Assembly: GCA_020137815.1 (NCBI GenBank)
Contig: CM035360.1
Location: 496,001 to 560,000 of the forward strand
Length of the DNA stretch: 64,000 bases
Direction of reading: 5' to 3'
Origin: Hormiphora californensis
Taxonomy: Eukaryota; Animalia; Ctenophora
A model generated the notes under the pieces. That model was not told the origin of the DNA and did no database searches. It worked only from the letters and a program-made list of their open reading frames with translations. This document shows, piece after piece, positions 13,267 to 39,717 of this stretch (position 1 is its first letter; each line of letters starts with the position of its first letter). The position numbers were made by a program, and so were the translations under genes.

Positions 13267-14455
13267 ATGACGGAGAAACTTAATACCTCTGATGCAGATG
13301 CCGATCCACTGGAATGCTGGGAATTGTCGATGATGGGAAAACTTCGTTGTGCAGTAGAAGACGTTTTTTATATCAAGAACGGGCTCAAACAACCAAGTGA
13401 ACAAGAGGTTGATGGAGTATTGTCCAAGTTATTGGATTCTAGTTTGTATGATGATCCTGAGCAGTATATTGAGGACGCACTGCCGAAAGACTCCGAAATG
13501 AAAAAGTATAATGTTGATCGTTTCATGGCTTTCACCGAGAACCTCTCTCGTCATATTTTTCGGATAGTGAGAGAAATAGGACCAGTTATGAAGGATCAGA
13601 AACGTCTGTATGCAACTGCCCGAATGAAAGAACGCCTGGAACTAGTGGAGTGTAATCAGAAGCTCAAGGAGTACAAAAGAGCTTGGCACTTTTAAGGAAG
13701 AAATCGACAAACATCGGGTATCAAGGATTGAACTGCAAGAGAAGCTGATTGAAGCACAAAATACTTTGATGAAGTACAAGGTCGGAAACTTAGTTCAGTG
13801 TCAGAGTCTGTTCAGAAGCATTTGCAGGGCTACTCCAAGGTGCTTGTACAGAATTGCTCTGCAGCTATTGCACCATCCCGCCTCCAAGCAGCATTGAAGA
13901 AAGCGACTGTACCCCATCCAAGTACAACAGCGGAAGAAGCAACTCTTGATCGCAAGTTGAATTTGGTTATATTTGGGCTGCCAGAAACTACGGCAAGGGC
14001 TACTGAGCATGAAGTTCAGGATATCTGTGAGAGCTCAATGAAAAACCAGTCATATCTTCTACAAAGCGTATTGGCGAAAAGACTGATAACCGACCGAGAC
14101 CAGTAATTGTTACACTGAAAGGAGGGAAACTTTGTTCAACTTCTAAGAAAAGCAAAACAGCTCCGAGATTCAGAGAAATTCTCCTCGGTGTTTCTCTCCC
14201 CCGACCTAACACCGGAGGAGCAGCGAGAGCGGAAAACTCTCGTTGATACAGTGAAAGGACTGAGGCGAGACAATCCGAATGGACGATACTGGGTTAGCAG
14301 GGGGGTAATTAAATGTGGCTGACCTGCTACATGTAATTTGTACTCTAAAGAGACTTCAAAAGGAACCTTATGACTATCAATTTAGCCCACAAAAAGGGGC
14401 AGTATATGTTGTATTTTATCCAATGTATACATTTTAGATTTAATAATAATAATAA
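13267..14455 (+). mobile_element. LINE ORF1-like (coiled-coil + RRM-type) element, frameshifted, ending in a (TAA)n tail
   Basis: RKLNLVIFGLPE ... KRIGEKTDNRPRPVIVTL ... SPDLTPEEQRERKTLV ... YWVSRGVIKCG* (stop 14322) is typical CR1/L2-group ORF1. (TAA)5 lies at 14441-14455. Confidence 0.7.
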
Positions 14456-14744
14456 AACACATTCGGGGCTCGGACAAAAAATTGCAACTTCTGCAGCAAA
14501 TTTTTTTCCCTCAGAAATTTAAAAACGATATCAAGCCGCGCGGCTCTTTATAATTTCATTTGCGCTGCCAAAATATCGCAAATACGTAACGCGCTTGTTT
14601 TGGATAAAATACACTGTAAAAGTTGGAGCTCTTCGAATTTTCGAGAAACCCCGATCCGATTTTTCATCCGGATTTTTTAACTTGTCCATCGGTGTTGGCC
14701 AGCGTTAAAATCTGGGTGTTTTGGGAGTGCTGACAAACGGTTTT

Positions 14745-14796
14745 TTAGGGTTAGGGCTAAAGTAGGGTTAGGGTTGGGGTTTGGGTTAGGGTTAGG
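14745..14796 (+). repeat. short degenerate interstitial (TTAGGG)n-like tract
   Basis: TTAGGGTTAGGGCTAAAGTAGGGTTAGGGTTGGGGTTTGGGTTAGGGTTAGG. Confidence 0.7.
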
Positions 14797-14797
14797 C

Positions 14798-15125
14798 CTT
14801 GACATTCCTTGACTTGTCCCACAATCACTCAAAAGTCAGTCGCAACGAAGTACCACAACTCGTTCATCTGTAGAGCGACGCGACTATGGAATACATTACC
14901 CAGGGAAGTGAACTTAGCGGAAGACCTACCGTCGTTCAAGGTACTTCTGGGGAAATGGATGACGAGATTTCCGGATCGGCCACCGGTACTCGGATACCCA
15001 AAACAAAACAACAATTCAATCTTGGACTGGATACGAGTAGTTTCCAGGGAGGGGAGGCTCTGTGAGGAACTGACACCTGTGTAGTTTGTACACGAAGACG
15101 ATAACAAGATAACAAGATAACAAGA
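14798..15125 (+). mobile_element. 5'-truncated CR1-like LINE (ORF2 C-terminus + 8-nt tandem tail)
   Basis: NSFICRATRLWNTLP...LPSFKVLLGKWMTRFPDRPPVLGY..NNNSILDW, followed by a (GATAACAA)3 tail at 15100-15125. Confidence 0.85.
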
Positions 15126-15449
15126 TTCCCTACCAGATAAACTTTGAATCAGCCAAAACGGTTGAGTGGTTTGGCGCTTAGAGCCATTTTTGTGAATCAA
15201 CTTTTTTGGCAGCGTGCACCTGTAAACAGGCCTCCAAACACCCAGATCGTAACGGCGCCCATCGGTGTTGGGGTTCGTGAATCTGGGTGCCTTGCAGCCT
15301 GTTAATCATTAATGCTATCGAATATCTTTCAGATACCATTTAGTTTATTCAAATTGGCCATATATATCTTTTAAAAATAACATCCATTATTGATTATCAC
15401 TTCACTGAACAGACAAATACAAATTACAAATAACTCAAGCGTTTTCAAT

Positions 15450-18400
15450 TTACTGATAAGATTGTCTTTCCAATGCAACAGGATTATAAACAGTTTTAAA
15501 TTGCATCGGGATAAACTCATACCCCGCAGCTAAATTGTCCAGATCTTTGCAAGGTTTTGAAACCATGTACCCTGCTGCAAGATCCATCACCATGCACTGG
15601 TACCTACTGATATCCGTTATCGCCTGAAATATATTACAGCTGCAGTTAGCATCAACTCGTACAAGACTGGGGTGTCACGTGATTCTTTTTTTGTAATATC
15701 TGATCAAACTCACGTCTAATGAGGTGATCATCACTACAACGGCCGTGGACGGACCTACCACAAAAGTGTTCAACAATATATACCTTTAGCTCTGGATTAT
15801 AAAATGTCCCCTGATTCCCTTGTTCGTAATGACACCCAAAATAAGCCAATCCCCCCTCTGCACCCCAGTCCAGACACTGTCTGTCGTACAATCGGAGGTC
15901 GGTCCAGATCGTTAGTCTTGCTGAGTCACGTATTGGTCGGAGTGACAGCCCATAGCATGTTTCCAAGACAACTCTCAGTTTTCCATCAACAGACTTTCTA
16001 GAGAGACACATCTTTCCTTCAAGATCACTGAGCTGAATAATATATCCGTCACTTTCAGTTGTTTACGGTTTGGATGCATTTGAAATAGGTGTCACACCAA
16101 CACAATCGGACCCCGATTTACCGGGAAAATCCTTTCCCCTGAGGATAACTTTACCTCTTTCGCTATTATCGTCTCGCCATCATACGAGTCAACATTGGTC
16201 ATCACATTCTGCCTCATCCATCTGAACGATGTTGATTGTTTAGTACTCCCAGATCAATTTGCCTCAACTCTCAACTAATATTAGGGTGATCCATAAAGAT
16301 TTGCACTTGGCCCTTCCTGGTCGCATGTGATGTTGGGGACCAAAAATTTTTACAGGATCTTTTAGATTGGACTATTTTGGATTCCTAAGACCATACATGA
16401 AGTTCAGAACGGGTTTCACTGGTTGGGTGAGCGACCATGTCTAACCTCCAGTTGTGTTGCGATCTACGTGCCAAAAATCAGGTCGTGGTATTAGCCTTAT
16501 GCAAGCCGTTAAATGATTCCGGTAGGCCCAAGACTCTTTGTGGGTGAATAATGACCCCTTCTAAAGACATTTGAGCAAAAATTATGTCTAATCGGTTTTC
16601 GCACTCGATTTTGGGGGCTATTTTTAGAATTCGGTCAAAAACCCATTTTTTCACTTTGAAAGGCTGTCGCCATGGACCCGATGGGTAGTTTGTCATTATT
16701 TGAGGCTTAAATTGAGGTTTAGACTCTGCTCAACACGATCCTAAAGTTATCTGATGGTTTTGAACATCTTAGGTGACCTGAAATTCGAGTTTGAAAAAAT
16801 CGCTCAAAAACGGGCGATTTTTCATGGATTTTTGTGTCATAATTGTTGCGATTTGTTGTCCTCCACTGAAATTCTGACACTTTTTCTGCAAAAAAACGAT
16901 TGTTTGAGATGTCAACTGATACAGTGGACTACTTCAGGACCAAAAAAATTCGTTTGCTTATCTTTGTGGTTGCTTTTCGACCACTTTTTGGGTAAGTGAG
17001 ACGGCACCATGACCTATGACCATAAAATTCTTTACAGCGTTAGCACAAAATTTTTCCAGATCGCTAAAATGGTCGTTATGAGACCCAATTTCCATCAGGA
17101 ACAAGGTCCTGTAAAAATTATATGGCTCCGATGAGCACAAAGCTTTAAAAAATGCTAGTGCAAATCATTATGGATCACCCTAATATCTCACTAATATCTC
17201 ACTAATATCTCACTATTCCAGCTTACGTGAAATCTTTATCACACTGCAGCTCTCGAAGACGTGCTTTTGTTGCGTTGATTAAACTCATCTTCTCCTGTAT
17301 ATCCACATCAAATAGATAGAGTTTATTGACATCCCAGTACATTTCATCCGTGAAGTAGGTCTGAAAAGTTAATGGAACTGTAAAAATTTGGAACAATTAG
17401 AAAAATGTTTAGTTACCTTAGCAACAACTAGAAAAGTGTTACTAGTTACCTTAGCAACAACTAGAAAAGTGTTACTCGTTACCTTAGCAACGATTAGAAA
17501 AGTGTTAATTATTACCTTGGCAACAATCCCGGTGTTCAAGTTGAGGTTTCTAGGCTTCTTCCTATCTCCATGCACTATGGGCTGCCTCCGAGCGGTGTAA
17601 TGTAGAACCCTAGAGCATGGCACATACAGCACCTCTCCACCACAATACCAAGACTTTAACCCAATCTCTATATTCTCCGAGCCCCAGCCCTCCATGCCAG
17701 CACCAAAGTAGTCAACCTCATCCAGGAATTGTTTGGTGGCTAGGAACGCTCCACCTAGGATAGCAGCGGTGCGGTAAGGCACTGTGGATCTTTTTACATT
17801 GCCAAACATCCATGTAAGGTAGTAGTCGAATTGGAGGGTGTTACCATCATACGTCCAGTACTAGGAGAATGGGAGTTAGTTACAAAGATTAGTTAGTACA
17901 AACTTGATTACTTGAATTAGTTACAATAATAAGTAAAACACTTTGTTTTCAGCAACATTAGTATAATAATATATTACCGAATCTTTGAAAGTGTCCCAAA
18001 AGTCGAAGACGGGTGCAGCAATGTTTTTATAGTTCCTCTCCACTACTTCCAAAAGAGGCCCAAGAAACCCTGGCTTCACCTCAATGTGACTATCCAATAC
18101 CAACACTACCTGAATTAGGGACGGAGACAGATAATTAGCTAACATAAATTTGTCTGCAGGCGCCACTTTATCTCATTTGTCAGGACAGATAACTAGTCTT
18201 ACATTTTGGGCTTTTTTCTATTGATATGCTGGTTTTATATCGATCTACCGAACCCTCACAGAGCGCTGTGAGCTACACAAGTTTTATATTTAAATCGGTT
18301 TGTCCTCATATCTCTACTAAATATTATATCGGGTTTATCTCCCTATAACTCACATCTCCAGTAGCCTGCTGACAGCCCCACCTTCTACTGAAGATAAGCC

Positions 18401-19550
18401 CCACATTTTCCTCAAACCTGTGTTGTTTAACTGGCACCGTGAGCTGCTTTAGTAGCCCCTCTAACAACGTCAAATCATCTGAAAACAGTTGTAGTTGTTA
18501 TCTTATTATCGGCTACTGCATTGACTTTGAGTCAAGAAGATAATTCGGGCAGGGAAGACTATTGTTAACATTTCAAATCTCTCCCTAAATCCCACTCTAT
18601 CTGTATTCAAACAATTTCTTACAGTGTGCGGTGAGGTTGGAGGCATCATCAATGAGAATCATCTCGTGGAAGTTGTCAGGTGGTATGGACCTTATCACAG
18701 TGTAGATGGACCGGAGCAGAAGGGAGAGCAGCTCATTGTGGTAATTCATTACCACTGATACTTTTAGAGGACTCTTCTTATACACGATATCTTTACATCT
18801 GTAGGTATATTGTGGTCACTATTATAATATCAGCGCTTACTTTACCAATATCAATATCACTAGAACTCACTAGAGGCAAGTCAATAACTGATCTAAAATG
18901 GTAAAACTTTTCTTCTCTTACCAGGAACCGACCGAATCAGGAAATACTGGTCCCTGATTGGCTGATAACCAGTCACGTGACCTAAATAACGAGCTCTGAT
19001 TGGTTGTTTACTTGGTTCGGTCGGTTCCTGGCTCTTACCCCTTCTTCCCAAAGTCTTTAATGTCATCTCTGATTATAGGTAGGGAGTCCAGGTACGATTC
19101 ATAGTACCCTTCCCTCGCATTAAAAGCGCTATCGTGCATCTTCTTTAACGCCGCACCATACTGAAGGCTCTCCTGTATCTGCAGTCTTGCCCGGTACCCC
19201 GCATACGTCTCACTGAAACAAGGCAGGCAGAGAATAGGCATTGATCAGGGAAGAGGTAATCAAAGGGAGCAGTGATTTCATCGATCTGGAGTTAATTAAC
19301 TAATTAATTAATTAAGCTATCTAATTTATTATCTAACTAAATCTAAACTATCTCACAAGTAAAGTGCTCCAGATGAATGATCCTCCTCCTGCACCTCCCC
19401 TTCATTGATCGATGCAGCAGCTGGGTGGACCTCATTTCCCAGAGACTCTACTAGACGGCTCCTGTTTAGTTCCCGTAGCTCCACTAGTACTACAATAACA
19501 AATGAGGCGTATACCAGAACCACCAGCTTCTTTAGTATCGGGTACATCAT
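15450..19550 (-). CDS. GALNT: polypeptide N-acetylgalactosaminyltransferase (GT27) with ricin-B lectin domain, about 10 exons
   Basis: N-terminal TM, then VSVVMNYHNELLSLLLRSIYTV, EMILIDDAS, GLIFSRRWG, DxH motif LDSHIE, ILGGAF, WGSENIEIGLKSWYCGG, PCSRVLH. Ricin-like QCLD...GCHYEQGNQ. Last exon 15623-15450. Confidence 0.9.
16281..17183. mobile_element. Tc1/mariner-like non-autonomous element in a GALNT intron
   Basis: TIRs TTAGGGTGATCCATAA.GATTTGCACT / AGTGCAAATC.TTATGGATCACCCTAA, with TA on both sides. Confidence 0.85.
18922..19030. mobile_element. 109-bp hAT-like MITE
   Basis: TIRs CAGGAACCGACCGAA / TTCGGTCGGTTCCTG and an 8-bp TSD (TCTCTTAC/GCTCTTAC). Partial copies at about 20810-20900 and 39460-39527. 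Confidence 0.85.
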
Positions 19551-20451
19551 ATCAATATCATAGACTGACTGGAAATGTGTAGCTATATTATCGGGGTTTG
19601 GAGGTTATAATTTTAACACAACATCAACTTAAAACTATAACTACTTGTTAACAATATCTGTTATGGGGTGATATGACGCATTGATTTCAAAAAATTAGGG
19701 TAAATTATCGTGTACAAATTAGGATAATATTATCAGACCCTCAACCTATCTTATAGGCTACATCTTGGAGCGCTCTAGGACTAAACTGTTTCAACAGGCA
19801 TGCTGTGAGGTGCCTATGTTATCATGATAGTATTTGCAGTAGACTAAGCTGGAAAAAGGGAGATAGAGAAAAAAAGAGAGAGAGAGAGTGTGTGTGTGTG
19901 AGAGAGAGAAAGAGATTTATATATCTCGCTCTTTCTCAACGGATTAAAACAATAGTTGGACCGATTGGAAAGATGTGCCTTCTATTTTTTTTAGTTTCTC
20001 ATACTAGTGTCTCACCTCGTAAATGAAGTGTGAGCGACAGAGCACCCAAGCAGAAAGAACTCTTCCCCTACTGTCCAGGTGAAAACACACTAACCCGTGG
20101 GTGATATCTGTTTAGCACGTGTCGTGTGCTTAAGAGTTCATACAGGTGCAGTGAGTGGGGATGTGGTGGATGGATCTTAAATCTTCATGATGAGGTGTTA
20201 GTTCTCATCATGGATTACAACTGCTTGGTTGGTTGAATATAAATTTTTGTACTCATCAAAAAATCTCAATGAGCCATGTTTCCCAATCCTAACTATGTAC
20301 CACCTCATATAATACCAGATAACAACACATTTCCTTATAGCAATATACCATGGCCCATCCCTAAAGACCACTCAATACTATGTAAGGATCTCTAAGGAGA
20401 GGATTCCTCTACCACCAAGATAGTGCACCTCTATACAGGGAAGCTGAAACC

Positions 20452-33534
<13,083 letters not shown>

Positions 33535-33923
33535 ACAATAGATAGACTCTAGTAGACAGTAGATAGAGTTGTACATATATTGAAAAGTCTCAATCCATTC
33601 TGAAATCAAATACAGAATACAGTTAATATTCTTTTTTTCAATTTTAGTTTATGTAAAGTAGATAGTCTGTTGAAAATGTATTGCATATTTTATGAAGTTG
33701 TTACAGCTGTGTGTGTTACAACTGTGTAGTTTTTAGGGAAAAGACCGAATTGATTGATCAGTGATCAGTGTAAAATATCTCTGGTTGGATTATGACTTTT
33801 GTTGAGCAGTTATTTAAAGAAAAGTGAAATGTTAATTGTGATTAGGTTTTAACTTTGTTTTATAACAACGTTTTTCCATTTGAACCTTGTTGGGGGTCGG
33901 ATCGGGGTCAAACAAACATATTA

Positions 33924-34677
33924 GGGCGCGCACAGACTGTTCATGCGTGATCATGTCCATAAGTGGGCAAGATTTTGATCAAGTCACGCAGACTGATCAA
34001 GCTTGATCATCTGATCAAGCTTGGACAGTAAAAACTGAAACTTATTCATACCTACGCGAAAACCACTGTACCCGACTAATTTTGATGCTCTAAATCACGT
34101 AAGCTAGTTTTCAAATCCTTCGGAGGTCGGGAATGTGTCCTAATTGGGCATAATTGGGTCTAATTGACCCCACTTACAACTTGTTACCTGGAAATGACGT
34201 GAGCGCACTTTTCCGACTAATTTTGATACGCTGAATCACATAAGCAAGCCCCCAGAGGTCGGGAAATGCCCTAATTGAGCAATTAAGGCCAATTAGATCC
34301 AATTATACTCAATTAGGACACTTTCCCGACCTCTGGGGGCGTGGAAAAGTTGTTTATGTGATTCAGCGTATCAAAATTAGTCGGAAAATTGCCCTCACAT
34401 AAGCGTCTATTATTTCCAGTTTTAAGTGGGGTCAATTAGACCCAATTATGCCCAATTAGAACACTTTCCTGACCTCTGACGGATTTGAAAACTAGCTTAC
34501 GTGATTTAGAGTATCAAAATTAGTCGGGTACTGCAGTGTTTTTCGCTTTGATATGAATAAGTTTCAGTTTTACTGTTCAAGCTTGATCAGATGATCAAGC
34601 TTGATCAGTCTGCGTGACTTGATCAAAATCTTGCCCACTTATGGACATGATCACGCATGAACAGTCTGTGCGCGCCC
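33924..34677. mobile_element. foldback MITE, Harbinger-like termini
   Basis: GGGCGCGCACAGACTGTTCATGCG...CGCATGAACAGTCTGTGCGCGCCC is palindromic over most of its length. Flanks are TTA/TCA. Confidence 0.85.
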
Positions 34678-35893
34678 TCACTGCAGAGTGCAGCTGTTTG
34701 GTTGGTTGGTTGGTTGGTTGGTGAGAGCGGCTGGTGAGAGCGGCTGGTACAGTTTGGAGCCTTTGGAGCACGTTCTAAACTGTTTTGTTGGGTGAATCAC
34801 TAGCCTGATCTCCTTACTAAGTGAGTATACCCATGGCAAAACGCCAAAACAATTATCATACCGTCTGCCTAGCATCATACGTCTAATTCTAGGCTATTGT
34901 TTGGCCATGAGTATGAATAATGACACATTTATAGCCTAAAATCTACAATATGGCCCCATCTCAAGAGATAGAAAACCACTAGAGATCCTAAGCCCGTTTT
35001 GTCTGAGTCTGCAGGCAGCTTGGTTTATCATCTGTCCAGAGTCAATTGACTCAAGACAAGATCAAACAAAGCACGGCCCTTTAATCATCTCAGATTTTGT
35101 CTTTGAGGCATGGTCATTACTCATTATATGGGGCATCCAGGTACAAACAGCTGGCTGCATTCGGTGCTTTTAGAACTGCATAAATGATAAAATAATAATA
35201 ATAGCAGCATTTCCAACTTTCTGTATAAAATACCACTTGTATCATTGGATAGAGGATGCACCTGTCTTTTCTATCTTTTCTATTTCTATCTCTTCGCGAC
35301 AGCTCGCATGTCGATCGTTGTTGGTAGAGTGCCGCAGAGAGTTGATATATCTGTTCTTGACTGACAAGTCACCAGTCCCCCCTCTTCCCCCTGTCTGGCG
35401 CCGCGACCCATACAGCCTGCACCTGGTCCTTGTATCACTTTTTTTTGACTTTTAAATAGTTGACAATCTCGTCCCCCTCGATTTCTGATCCAGCTCCTAG
35501 GAGGAGGGACTACATGGGGGCCCTGACCTGGCCCCTTAATCTGTGAGGGGGGCGGGTCAAGCTGCGATTAGAGAGTGAGCTGGGGCTCTATTCAGTGACT
35601 CCGCCCCCTCTCTGTGATCACCACATGGGGCCTTTTAAGCCATAATATACGGTTTCTTAATCATTGGTCTTGCATTAGTCCCTTTCTCTCCCTTATTATA
35701 CCTCTCAACTCATCTCTCCCTCTTCTATAGAAGATAGAATTCTATCCTTCTTTGACTCTGACCTCCCTAATCATCGCTCTTTCTTCTAGGGGGTATATTG
35801 TGCAATCCCTCAGATCATGATCGAAGCCCCTTCGGCCTTCGACAGTCGACAGCTAACCCACTCTAGTAGCGTTCGACCCTCTGTTTGAGTAAA

Positions 35894-38211
35894 ATGTTGG
35901 TATTGATTCTTGTTCTGCAGTTGATCTTAACTTGGGACTCCGTGTTTTGTCAAGGTAAGTAACAGGTGATCATTCCCTGGTTTGACATTTAGTTGTAAAA
36001 CTCGTGTTTTAATCCCCACATTTTGTATCACTGATTCTCCCTCAGTAATGCAAATGAGTTATTCTCTCCCTCCTCCTAGGAGACTACATCTCGGAGTATC
36101 GTGTTGAGTTCCCAATAAACAGCGACGATTACCTGTACATTGATTGTGGAAATCTTGCCAGCGCTACCCCTTTCCAGAGCTTCTACCTGTTGGACGCTGG
36201 TTGGGCGTGTTATGCAACGAATGGTGATTACCTGTTAGATCCGGTTAAACAGGGCCAGATTGATGAACTCACTACTACGAAGTTCAAGACATATTGTAGA
36301 ACTAAACAGAATGGTTGTGAGATCTGGAAGACGGATTTGGAGGCCATTAAAAGTTCGGCTGGGAGCTGTGCTGACAATGATGTTTTTTCTGTTGCAGTTG
36401 TGAGGTATTTCTGTGGAGAGAAATTCAATCAAACAGGTAAGAGTCACATGACACAGTACAAATATTATCTTGATTAAGGTAAGAGACAGACATGATCTTG
36501 ATTCAACTAACTGAAATTCAGTTCTGCAGAACTTACAGAACTTACAGAATTTTGTTATTATCTTAGTTAGGGGGATAAATACCCTAATTTAGTCACGCCG
36601 CGACCCTTTTTGTGTTCACGGCAAGACCCGCAACCCAGCTCTAATATTTTATTTCACGCTCTGTGAGGGTTTGGTAAATCAATACAACCCAGTTTTGACA
36701 TGAGTTCAATTTCCAGAACTATTTGAAAGCAAGATGATGTATGGTGTTGATTCTCAGCCCTCTATCGACACCCCACTACCAAATGCGGCGGAGACTATCC
36801 TCGTGTTCAAACAAGACGATCTCAAGGGAACTTTAACGTTTAAATTTGCAACCACCTCAACATATGAAGGTAGAGTTTGAATCCATTGGGCCATTGTTCA
36901 TAACTACTAGAAACTATTTTGTAGGCCACTCCCTCGCTTCTCCCTTTTCGAAAACAACATGTTTCTCTCCCCAATTATTATACTGATCCTGCATGCACTA
37001 CTCAAAAAGTTTTTTCTCCAATACAGTATTGGCGAGTTGGAACACTAATGTTTCTCTCTCCAATACAGTCTTGGCGAGTTGGAATACTAATGTTTCTCTC
37101 TCCAATACAGTCCTGGTCAGCTGGGATACAAAATCGGGAAAGATATACATTGAACGAGAATCTACTGGATTGACGGGAGTTGTTGAAACATGTCATGAAC
37201 ACTATGTTGATGGGGGTACTGAACTATTGTACTTAGTGTTTGTACTGGTAACTACCAGTGGCGCTCCATATCTGGGTCTTTACTCTGAAACAGGTACGAA
37301 TATTATTGTGGCAGATTTTTCGGCACTTTTTCTTTTACGGGCACTATGTAATTTTCTCGTTGATCCTCGGGAGTGACGTGCTATAAGTCTTTGTTCTCTT
37401 AGTTAAAGTAACAAACTCTCCCTGCATTGTCCGCATGTTTCAAGGCATATTAGGGGGGAGACACACTGAGGTTGGTCGCGCGCGTTCAACTCTCATTGAG
37501 AGTCTCTCAACCGCGTGAAACACACTGAAGTTTCGCGGTTTGAAGTTTCGCGGAAAAGTTCGAAGTTTCGCGAAACCCCATTTTCGGCTGAGAAATCATT
37601 TGTAAGGTGCTAACTTATTTACTGGTACATCTCTCGAGGTGTCCTTTGTCCATACCGAGTCAATTTCACCGTTTTTAAAATTTTTGGTGAATTGGGACAA
37701 CTGTGACCGGATTAGCCAAAAATTTCAAAAACGGTGAAATTGACTCGGTATGGATAAAGAACACCTCGAGAAATGTACCGGTAAGTAAGTTAGCATCTTA
37801 CAAATGATTTCTCAGCCGAAAATTGGTTTTCGCGAAACTTCGAACTTCGAACTTCAGTGTGTGTCGCGAGGTTGAGATTTGAACGAGCGCGCTCAACTTC
37901 AGTGTGTCTCCCCCCCTACCCTTGGTATCGAAGACACACTCTGTTTAGGCTCAGGTCGCCGGGCGACCTTCGCGCGCGCTGGCAAAGGGTAACTTCGTAA
38001 CCAAATATTACCCCTACAGGTGATCAACTTTGGTCAGGTGTGTGTGACAGTGGTCCTCTAGCTGCACAAATAACTGGATTAGTGGTGGAATTGGGAGATT
38101 TGACAGATACTAATATGAATGCCGTGAAAGTTTTCTACCCACAACAAACAACTGTCCCTACTTCACAGCCACCGGACCCAATACCGCCTGATCCTATAAC
38201 ACCTCCTACAG
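35894..38211 (+). CDS. secreted protein with SUEL/galactose-lectin-like Cys domain and Pro/Thr-rich linker (exons 35894-35954, 36080-36436, 36717-36869, 37111-37293, 38020-38211); may continue into the 43.7-50.2 kb exons
   Basis: Signal peptide MLVLILVLQLILTWDSVFCQG. All introns are phase 1 and in frame. Cys spacing IDCG...KTYCRTKQNGCEIW...GSC...VVRYFC resembles SUEL lectins (domain call tentative). Confidence 0.7.
37451..37918. mobile_element. foldback MITE in intron
   Basis: TAGGGGGGAGACACACTGA ... TCAGTGTGTCTCCCCCCCTA with long internal inverted arms. Confidence 0.85.
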
Positions 38212-39678
38212 GTTATTAAATTGTTTTATTAATTAACAACTGCAACTAATTAACGATTGATTAATAATTATGTAATTAATAGTTAAGAAATTCTTAATAA
38301 GAATGCTGCATGAAAACCTGTGCTGGTAAATTTATAATTTTTGGTAATCGGTACTACCCTGTCTGGATCAAAACGGGGTCTGGAACCGCCAAACAGATCC
38401 TCTATTATGGGTTAAATTCTGGGATAATGCCTGTCAAACATCATCAAATTATTAATCAAGATATCAGAATCCCAACTCTCACCCACCCCGATCCTATGTG
38501 TGTGTGTCAAGTTCCGCTAATGTTTCAGATCTCTCACAGTTTGTCCAGTATAGTTTCAGGTGTGTGATCCGGTCCCCACCCTGATAATATCCCTGATGTT
38601 ATCTAGCTACCTTGAGATAACACTGATACATGATCTACTGAACATGCAGCAGCTCTCTGTAGCAGTTAGTTATTGTAGCGTGCTGCAGTGTGTGTGATTT
38701 CCTTGTATCTTGATCGCAGCTAGTCTGTTTAGGAAGTGTTGTGTGAATCTGCCTCAAATTGCAACAATTGTTGTTTCGTAACTATATGAGCTCACTGGTA
38801 GTGTGTAGGGTTCCTTCACAGGTTCTTTCACAGTCTCCACTCGAACTAAGTCTAAATCTATAATAGTCGACATATAAATAATAGTCGACATACCTATATA
38901 TAATAAGTGAACTAATGTAACGACAGACGGGCCGGATATGAGAATACTTGGCACTCTCAAACTGACAATGTCTACAAGCTGTCACCTGCATTGAGCGAGG
39001 GTGACTGCAGCCCTCTTTAGGCCCATTGATCAGTTATGATAGAGGAGATCAGAGATATCACTAGCTAAACGGTGTCCAGACTATTAGCTATAATATATAT
39101 CACTGATCAGTGACTGTAAACTCCAGACTATTCAGTGGGCCTGGTTTATCTAAGTCTAATCTACATATCTAAGTCTAATAGTCGACTAATGTAACGACGT
39201 GCAGGCCGGATATGAAAATACTTGGTTAATTGTATGAACCAAGTCTGGACTGTTCTCTTTAGCCCATTGAGCGAGGGAGGGGATCAGAGATATCACTAAC
39301 TAAACGGTGTCCAGACTATTCATGATTAGGGTTGTCGAGTAAGGGGTCAACAAGATTAAATGGGAGGGTTTACAAGCTGTGAGCTGCATGTCTCGACTAT
39401 TGTCAACAATAATAATGACACGAAGATCTGTACACAGACCTGCAATCACCCCTTGTAGGAACAACAACCAATCAGAACTCGTTATTTAGGTCACGTGACT
39501 GGTTATCAGCCAATCAGGGACCAGTATTCTGTACACAGACCTGCAATCAGACTAATCCAGCCCTTTCAATGAGTTGTTAGACCTAGACTGACACAGCTTC
39601 TTCAATATCTTGTAGGTTGTTAGACCTAGACTGACAGTAGTTGTTGGATCTAGTCTAAATAACACCTCAGTAAATAAT

Positions 39679-39717
<39 letters not shown>

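Noticed and set aside
14745-14796. Telomere or telomere-targeted LINE insertion
   Set aside because: Short, degenerate, internal tract probably belonging to a repeat; no clear TSD links the CR1 fragment to it.
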